64,000 nt of DNA, taken from Chrysomallon squamiferum. Lineage: Eukaryota > Animalia > Mollusca. The notes beneath the pieces are model-generated. The model had not been told where the DNA came from and made no database searches. It saw only the letters and a list, made by a program, of their open reading frames with translations. The stretch is taken from positions 10,168,001 to 10,232,000 of the forward strand of contig CM022665.1 of the NCBI GenBank assembly GCA_012295275.1, given 5' to 3'. This document shows, one piece after another, positions 51,651 to 60,001 of this stretch. Made by a program: the position numbers and the translations under genes. Position 1 is the first letter of the stretch. Every line of letters starts with the position of its first letter.

Positions 51651-53079
51651 ACTACCAATCTTACACACAGAAAAACCTCTGGTACTTAATGCATATACAA
51701 TACAAAAAGAAACAAAATTGAATTAATTAAAAATTTCCAGAAAATTTAAAAACAAGTAAATTGAAAGTAATAATAAAATACAAAAAGAAGTAATAAATTC
51801 TGATATTCAAAATCCGATTCTATCAAATGACACAATAAATTATTTTATTTACTGATTTTTTAAATTATTACAAGAATAAGCAAACTAGACAGGATACAAT
51901 AGATAAATAAGTAAACAAATAAAGAAACACTCTGAAACTATTAAACGATCGAACCTCGGCGTTTCTGGAGGTTCCATTTATCGGATAATTAGCGTACGTA
52001 AGCTTAGTGACTACTTCTCACGTAAGGGACATAACTCTAATCTATGTTTGTGAACACATATCACTAAAGGGAGATAAGTATAATCGATATAATTTTTACT
52101 TTACTTAGAACACACGCACACAGACACACACACACAGACACGTAAACACAAACACATACAATCTTAAACACAAAGAAACCTCTGGTACTTAATGCATATA
52201 CAATTCGAAAAGAAACAAAATTGAATTAATTAAAAATTTCCAGTAAATTTATAAACAAATAAATTCTCAATATTAATAAAATACAAAACGATATAATAAA
52301 TTCTGATATTGAAAAACCGATTCTATCAAATGACACAATAAATTATTTTATTTACTGATTCTTTTTATTATAACAAGAATAAGCAAACTAGACAGGATAC
52401 AAGAGATAAATAAGTAAAGAAATAAAGAAACACTTTGAATGTATTAAACGATCGGAGCTCGGCTTTTTTGGAGGATCCATTTATCGGATAATTAGCGTAC
52501 GTAAGCTTAGTGACTACATCTCACGTAAGGGACATAACTCTAATCTATGTTTGTGAACACATACCACTAAAGGGAGATAAGTCTAATCGATATAATTTTT
52601 ACTTTGCTTAGAACACACACAATCTTAAACACAAAGAAAACTCTGGTACTTAATGCATATACAATTCAAAAAGAAACAAAATTGAATTAATTAAAAATTT
52701 CCAGTAAATTTATAAACAAATAAATTCAGAATATTAATAAAATACAAAAAGAAATAATAAATTCTGATATTCGAAATCCGATTCTATCAAATGTCACTAA
52801 AGGGAGATAAGTCTAATCGATATAATTTTTACTTTTCTGAGTGATTACATCTCACGTGAGGGAAATATCTCTAATCTATGTTTGTGAACGTATGTCACCA
52901 AAGGCAGATAAGTCTAATCGAATTAATATTGCTTACTGAGTACCTAACTCTAAATGACCTAACTCTAATCTGTTTGGGAGCACATATCACATATCACATA
53001 TAGCTCTGATTTGCACGTTAATTCTTTTCAGTTCAGTTCAGGTTTTTTGTTAGCTTGGTATATATATACTCAGACAGAC

Positions 53080-53144
<65 letters not shown>

Positions 53145-54865
53145 ATGTGGTTTGCAGACTTCCTTTAAAATTTCACAGAGCTTAATAGAAAACATAACTT
53201 GTATACTCTTTCAAGATAATAGAAATGCTATATTTTTATTTTAAATAAAACAATCTAAAATATATTTCTGTAAGCAATGCTATTTAGTTTTCGTGTTTGG
53301 TTTTATATTAATAAAGATGTATGGTTATTTTCCTACTTCTTATTGTTATTTTATTTATTTATATATTTATTTATTAATACATACACACATTTTTTGTTCT
53401 ATTTTTAAAGTAACCAACAGAATGGTTAAAGAAATGGCTTCTCAAAGAGGTACAGCATCCGATGTAAGTAATTCTGAAAACAAACAACAACAATATTTTG
53501 TCCGTGATAAAATACCTTAAGCAAACTATTACAGTAGAAGGTATATACTTAACGTAATAATCATGATGAAAATATGATTCGTTAAACATAGCCTGGTTTT
53601 CCTTTATGAATGAAACATTTAAGGATAAAAATGTATCTGGCACTATCTAAATGAAATTCTTTTTCACAGTGAATTTACAAATGACTTGAATTATGTCAAG
53701 CAGTTAAAAATGTTCTCAGTAGTTATAAATAAATAAAGTAAGAAAAGTAAGAAATAAAACTATTAGTAGCAGTAATGTTTTTATTTTTTGTATTCCTAAT
53801 ATCTTGTATTATCTGATCTAGTTAAAAAAGTTCTCAGTAACAATAAATAAATAAACTAGTAAGAAAAAATAAATAAAATAACGATTAGTAGTAGTAACAT
53901 TTTGAGTTTTCTATTTCCAATGTCTTGAATTATGTCATATAATTAAAAACGTTCTCTATGATAGCAATAAATAGATAAAGAAATAAATAGTAAAGAAACA
54001 AACAATAAACAGAAAATACATACTTTTCCATTTATGTTTAACGCTGACTAAATACCGTTTTATGGTGGTGTTTGTAATTAAATAATTTCGTTTCTTTTCA
54101 CAGACACGAGTTTCTGGTTTAAAACCTTTCATTGGTGCCTCTCAGCGACACCATGGTGCAGCCAGAGAGTCAAAACCTGAACGAAATTCAACAAACGAAA
54201 CAAACCAACCTGAGTCTTTTGATCACGGTGGTATGTAAACATAGTTTTATGTTTTTGATAACTTAAAGAATTTACATTGTATAATTGCGTTGCTTTTCTA
54301 AACATTACTTTGAATCATGCATACTTTCTCGTGTGGTTTGCGGATTTCCTTTATATTATAGATAAAGTTTCACAAAGCTTAATAGAAAACATAACTTGTA
54401 TACTCTTTAAACACAACAGGAAACGTTATATTTTTATGTTAAATGAGACAGTCTGTGATATAATTATGTAAGCAATGCTATCAACTTTCCATATTTCTTT
54501 CAAAATTAATTAAGATGTATCGTTGTTTTGTTTATTTATTTTTATTCTCTCTTAGCATGTAATAATGTCTACATGTTGATACATTATGAGTTCTGCTATG
54601 ATTATAAAGATTTATTTATTAATACACTTTTTTTGTTCTATTTTTAAATGAACCAATAAAATGGTTAAAGGAATGGCTTCTCAAAGAGATACAGCAACCG
54701 GTGTAAGTAATTCTAAGATAAAATACCTTATGCAAACTAGTACAGCAGTATATACTTTACATAATAATCATAAGAAAAAAGATGATAAGTTATTTATTTC
54801 TTTATAATTTTTCCTTTTTTTCCAGTAAATATATAAATTAAAATAAAAGTTATAAAATAATAGTT

Positions 54866-54946
<81 letters not shown>

Positions 54947-55168
54947 ATAAACACCTCCAAGAATATTATTTTATTTTAAAGCAAGTCTATGAAGGAAAGC
55001 AACAATTAAGAAAATAATAATAGTGTTATTTCACAGACAGTTGCATTTTGTTAAAGTTTTTTGGCTTTTTTTTTTTTTTTTTTACTTTTGCAGGAACGAA
55101 AAGTGTCATCTCTCATAAAAATGTTCAATAATTTGATATCCAGTCGGTCAGTGACAACAGCGAAATGA
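30753..55168 (+). CDS. Predicted full gene model of ParB/Srx-like copy 1 (~290 aa: ParB-like domain plus repetitive polar tail)
   Basis: Phase-compatible open exons at 30753-31146, 31940-32004 (or 32010), 32540-32666, 53411-53463, 54104-54230, possibly 54671-54702, and terminal 55094-55168 (ERKVSSLIKMFNNL...TGA). If 54671-54702 is skipped, the stop is TAA at 55129-55131. Confidence 0.55.
31509..31816. mobile_element. hAT-type MITE containing a long (CA)n tract, in the first coding intron of ParB-like copy 1
   Basis: TIRs CAGGGATCGGCAACC (31509-31523) and GGTTGCCAACCCCTG (31802-31816). 8-bp TSD TTCTAGAA / TTCTACAA (7/8 match). Confidence 0.85.
33020..52995. repeat. ~20-kb head-to-tail tandem array (satellite), about 35 units of ~530-610 bp
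   Basis: The anchor AAAACGA(T/C)CGAA recurs at 33555, 34164, 34771, 35368, 35964, 36546, 37096 ... 51262, 51943 and 52446. Each typical unit has a CpG-rich block, two ~98-bp subrepeats, a (CA)-rich tract and an A-rich block. The supplied ORF track has no ORFs here. Confidence 0.97.
53083..53142. repeat. (CA)n microsatellite near the right border of the array
   Basis: About 30 AC units. Confidence 0.95.
53682..53985. repeat. Degenerate triple ~120-bp intronic tandem repeat
   Basis: CTTG(A/T)ATTAT...TTAAAAA.GTTCTC...ATAAATA at about 53682, 53802 and 53921. Confidence 0.6.
54070..54790 (+). repeat. Intragenic duplicate of the exon-intron-exon block 32500-33010 plus 53143-53570
   Basis: Exon 54104-54230 matches 32540-32666 (both 127 nt, RESK.ERNSTNETNQPES.D.G, same GTATGTAAACATAG donor context). 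54630-54780 matches 53385-53570. Confidence 0.85.
54868..54948. repeat. Compound (AAT)n(AGT)n microsatellite
   Basis: Read directly from the sequence. Confidence 0.95.
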
Positions 55169-58100
55169 GCTAAAATACGCATTCCAAGAATATTGTTCCA
55201 AATGACTTAAGACAAAAATACATCCAGTTATTTTTCTAAGGTTTTCAACAAAATATGTGTTTTACAATTATTTAATAATGTATGTATGTATATATGTATG
55301 TGTATATATATAAAATAATAATAATAAATATAAAAATTTAATTATAATAATAATAACAAAATAAGTAAATATAAAATCGAAAATATAATATCCTCTTACA
55401 TTTGCTTGAATATTCAATTATAGATTATTTACTATCTTTTCTCCTATTTCTTAATATATTCAAATGATAATTCTTTTGTGTCAGATATTTGTTTTTAGTG
55501 CCCCTGAATCTAATAAAAGTAGACACAGTTTTTGTTACTAAAGAATGAAATACAGGTTCATTGTATTAACTTGTTAAGATTCTGTTTGTAGATCTAATTA
55601 TTAATAAATTACTCATGGTAAATAACAAATAACCATGCACAAGTATTTCTTTCTTAATGTTTGTCTTTCACTGTATGCATTAGTACTATATTAATACCAA
55701 GTTATTGCTCGGTTTTTTAATGTGGTTTTTTTTTATGGATAATTATTTTGGCTTATAATAAAATGCTGTTTTTGTTGTTGTTGTTGTTTTTTTGTTTTTT
55801 TTTTAATTAAGTAATTTGAAACATAGTGTAGAAAACAAACCAAAAAAAAAAAAAAAAAAAAAAAAACCCCAAACAACAACAACAACAACAACAAACAAAA
55901 CAACTGATTTCTGATATTAATTTGCACCCCTTCATAAACTGAAATGTTTAATTTTGTTTTTTATTGTTGCATTTAGGTTATTAAAATTGGTTCTTTATCC
56001 TGTAAAGATGCTATTTTAAACTTTTGTCACTTATGTAACAAATTCTGAAGGCAAGGAGCTCTAACTACAAAACAGTTATCCAGTATGAATTAACCAAACT
56101 TAGTCTGAAATTCTGTGATGATGTATCTAATCCTGATATCTGTGACGTTTACCTTGACTAGAAAGAAGGAAAAATACTGGCTCCTATAATGCTGTGAAAT
56201 AAGTCTATAATAAAATAAAAAGCAGGAATAAAACTGCAACTTTAATTTTATTTACACTAACAAAAACTTACTTTATATTGAATAACCAGTGAAAAGATGA
56301 CATGTTGAATCTTTGCAGTAAAACATGAAATATAAAATGAAATTTTTCTTTCGAAATGAATTTTTCTTTTATTACATCAGTACAAAATGTAGTGACATAA
56401 ATATATTTTATATACACATGTAGCTGCCTAGATAGTAAAATAGAGAAACAGTATAAAAATAGCTTTCTATTTTACATTTTCTTGAGCTTCAGTATTTCAT
56501 TCTTATTCTTTTTAAATTATTATTTCTTCACTGATATATATATATATACACACACACATATATATATATATTTAGCAACTTTCCCCCGTTATAAACAATA
56601 ACTATAATGTATACAAATTGGTATAGTTGCGATATTAAAACAATATAACATAATATTCACATTTATTAAAGAATAATACCTTGTTGTGGGGCTTTTCATC
56701 CCAGGCCTGGGGCAAAAGGGCTACAACGGGGCTCTTACCCAGTGCACAATTTTAATGAATGATTCATCAACTATTCTGTCATAAATCAAAACAAGTTAGT
56801 AAATATAAAGCCAATCGGTCCATTCGTTACTTCGCAATAATGTGACAATTCTTTAACCTAAAACAGAACTACTAATAATCGTAAAATATTATCAGTATTT
56901 GTCAAAAATACGAACTGTGATTAAGTATTTGCATGTTTTGGAGGTAAGGCTTCGGACTATAGGAGGAATGTACCTGTGACGTCACTGGAATCTTACGATG
57001 TAGTTACTGGTTTCAGTTCAAATGCACACTTTGCTACAAAGCCAGTGGGCGTTTTACCCCAAAGGGGATCTTTTTACCAACTCTCTTCTATGTGCTGTTG
57101 TTTTGTTCACATTTAAGCCAAGGAAACATATTTGTGCCGTCTTCATAAATTACGATTCATGTCAGTATTGTGAAATAGCAACATGCACATTCATAAACGA
57201 ACCTTAGTCCCAGTGTGTGTATATATATATATATATATATATTTTTATATATATACAAAAACAACTGTACAACAAATGTGTTTTAGAGGTAATATAATTC
57301 AAGATATCTAAGGAAAACAATAATATTATTTAACAGTTATTACATTCTAAATTCCAACAGATGCAACAAAATGAAATAATAATAAATAAATAAATAAATC
57401 ATACATCTCCAGTATATAATACAGAACATTAAGGGGTTAGATGGGAAGAAGACACTTAGACAATAGCCTAGAATGCAGACCTCACAGAGGTGCATTACCA
57501 ACCTTTAAGAGTCACAATTTTATACAAAATATTGTTTTCAGAAAAAAACATAATAAAATGAAAATATACCTGTACTAGTTTATAGACAGCTCACTGTTAG
57601 TTTATAATCAGTTTGTTTTTCAGCACTAACAATAATTTGTTAAACTTAAATCAGTTGTTAAAGGTTGGGGAAACAAGGCCACTACCATATTAATGGAAAT
57701 TGTGCCTTTAATGTTGGTGTTGTTGGCATCTGATGGTACTTATTCTTGCAATTTAAAATACATTTAGCAGTTTCAGGTTTTCTTTTTTTTTTCTTTTTTT
57801 TCTACAAAACATATTTTTAAAACTCGAAGTTGGCAGTTTTTGGGGGCGGGATGCAAGTAACTAGAAAACATCTTGACACTGGCTCTGTCGAAACCGAGGT
57901 CAGATCTCCTTTTCAGAAAATATAGATTAACTGAGTGTGCAGGCCAAATTTCTAATATACTTCCCTTAAATCTTTATCGATCGATTTTGCTGTTTAACAT
58001 ACAGTTAAATAGCATTATTAAAATATAGTAACACACATATTAGTCAAACAAGAACAGTTATGTACCTTATTAAAATACAGTAATCCGAAGATTAGTAAAT

Positions 58101-58685
58101 TAGAGAAATATGCATACATCGTTAAAATACAGACACATTAGTCTAACAATAACAATTATGTACCTTATTAAAATACAGTAACACACATATGAGTACAATA
58201 TAGTAATATACACACATTGATTAATTATAAAGACAGAGGTACATTATCGCTCATTACACCCCTTTGGAAATATTTCTGCGTATGTAATATTTCAGTAAAA
58301 TATTAACATATACAGACATTAATAAAATAATAACATTATACACACAAGCTCAAAGTAAAATACTGATATTTGTGTCATTTATTACAATTTACTTATGACT
58401 CTATTTGACATTCGTGTCGTATAAATTACTGTGTATAAAAATAGATTGCATGGTTGAATGCAATATCTGAAACGTACACTTGTTTCCTAGAAATCTCTTT
58501 ACACATTCTTTCGGATTTTTATATTTTTTTATTATTATATATATTTTTTTTTTTATTGTGTGTGTACCACTAGATTTTCAGTTAAAATATTGTATCTGTG
58601 TAGTATAATAATATCCTGCCGACATAAAACTACTTTTTTTATTTTTTAAAGTCAGTGTTTTATTTTGGAGAATATGTGTTAACCT

Positions 58686-58790
58686 ACTTTCATTTCTTTA
58701 TATTAGTGGAAATGACGTAGATTACTGTAATAGAACATTCGCGAAAAGATCCCCCTAGTTTCACTTTCACTTACAGAAAAATATATAAAG
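58686..58790 (+). promoter_or_regulatory. Putative inducible promoter of ParB-like copy 2 (IRF/ISRE, kappaB-like, CRE half-site, TATA)
   Basis: ACTTTCATTTC 58686-58696, TGACGT 58713-58718, GAAAAGATCCCCC 58743-58755 (reverse complement GGGGGATCTTTTC), AGTTTCACTTTC 58757-58768 (exact ISRE consensus AGTTTCNNTTTC), TATATAAA 58782-58789. The ATG follows at 58896. Confidence 0.55.
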
Positions 58791-58895
58791 GAAACTCGTC
58801 TCCATCATTGAACGACTAACATTATTTATGTGTTTATCAGCCTAACTGAAGATCGTGATAGTTTCGTGTACGGCTGATATTATTTATATTTCACA

Positions 58896-59965
58896 ATGTA
58901 TCGTCCATCAGAGCTGTATTACGCACAAGACAGTATACACTACAGATTCCGAGACGGAAGAACATTAGATTCGTCTTTAAGAGAGCTTCTGAAACACAAG
59001 AGACCACAAGATTACCTGCCACGAATTGATGTCATGGTTTATGCCGGAAAACATTTCGTTGTCGATGGCAACCGACGCTTATATCTCCTAAAAATGATGG
59101 AATCGGCAGGAATCGTTGACGTGATTTCAGTTAATAAAAAGAGTTTTAACTCTTTGTACTTTAATCGAAAGCATACAACTGAAAATGGAGGAGTTTCCGT
59201 TCGAATTCGTCGTGATTCTTCTATGGAGTATACGATCAACAAAATTATTAATCAGCACAAACGAGGTAAACTGAAATCATTCCTAAAACATATGTATATA
59301 CCTAGCCACAAGGGCCTTTACAATGTAAGGTGTCTTAATTGTTACTGATGTTTTTTTTGTTTTGTTTGTTGTTGTTGTTTTAAACTGTTTGTTACTGTTT
59401 ATTAATGTGAACGGTAGGCCAGATAGTTCTTTCCTCATTTTACAATATTTGAATTTCCGAATGCACAAAAATCGAATTGAATCGAATTTAAGCTTCAGAA
59501 CGATTTCGACTCAAATCTTCAGGACGATTTCGAATCGAATAATCGAATGTTCGAAACGTTGCAAGGCTCTAGGAGTGGCATATATAAACAGACAAACACT
59601 GTGTGTAGGTGCAGGTTGAGAGAACGAGATTCAGGCAATCTAATATATGTGTGTATTTTATGCGTATATATGTCGATATCCACTATCATGGCAGAATATA
59701 ACTTAAAGCTATACCAAGTTGGTAAATATGGCCTACTAAATTTATTATATATACAACAACTATACAAAATACTGTTATTTCATACTTTCATCATCATCGT
59801 TGTTATTATTATTATTACTACTACTGCTACTACTACTATTAGTACTGCTACTACTATTAGTTTTATTACTTTGTTTTTTCTATAGAAAATCCTCCCGTGC
59901 ATCAGAGTCAGATGTCAAGTGCTGTAAGTAATTTATTATAAGTGAAATAGATACCAATTCATACG

Positions 59966-60001
<36 letters not shown>

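Noticed and set aside
33600-52600. TCTCACGTAAGG as a true parS site
   Set aside because: It shares only the TCACGT core with the bacterial consensus TGTTTCACGTGAAACA, is not a full palindrome, and the proteins show no evident HTH specificity domain. Kept only as a loose hypothesis.
33020-52995. CRISPR-like repeat-spacer array
   Set aside because: The sequence between the conserved motifs is itself repeated rather than unique, units are ~570 bp, there are no cas-like genes, and the context is eukaryotic.
33020-52995. Array of 5S rRNA, tRNA, snRNA, spliced-leader or histone genes, or a hammerhead-bearing satellite
   Set aside because: No recognisable RNA gene sequence, no convincing A/B boxes or canonical Sm site, no CUGANGA core seen in the unit on either strand, and no ORFs.
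58896-59265. Calling these genes sulfiredoxin (SRXN1) or parB
   Set aside because: The motif is DGNRRL rather than the Srx FxGCHR, and there is no ParB HTH, dimerisation domain or parA partner. No gene symbol was assigned.
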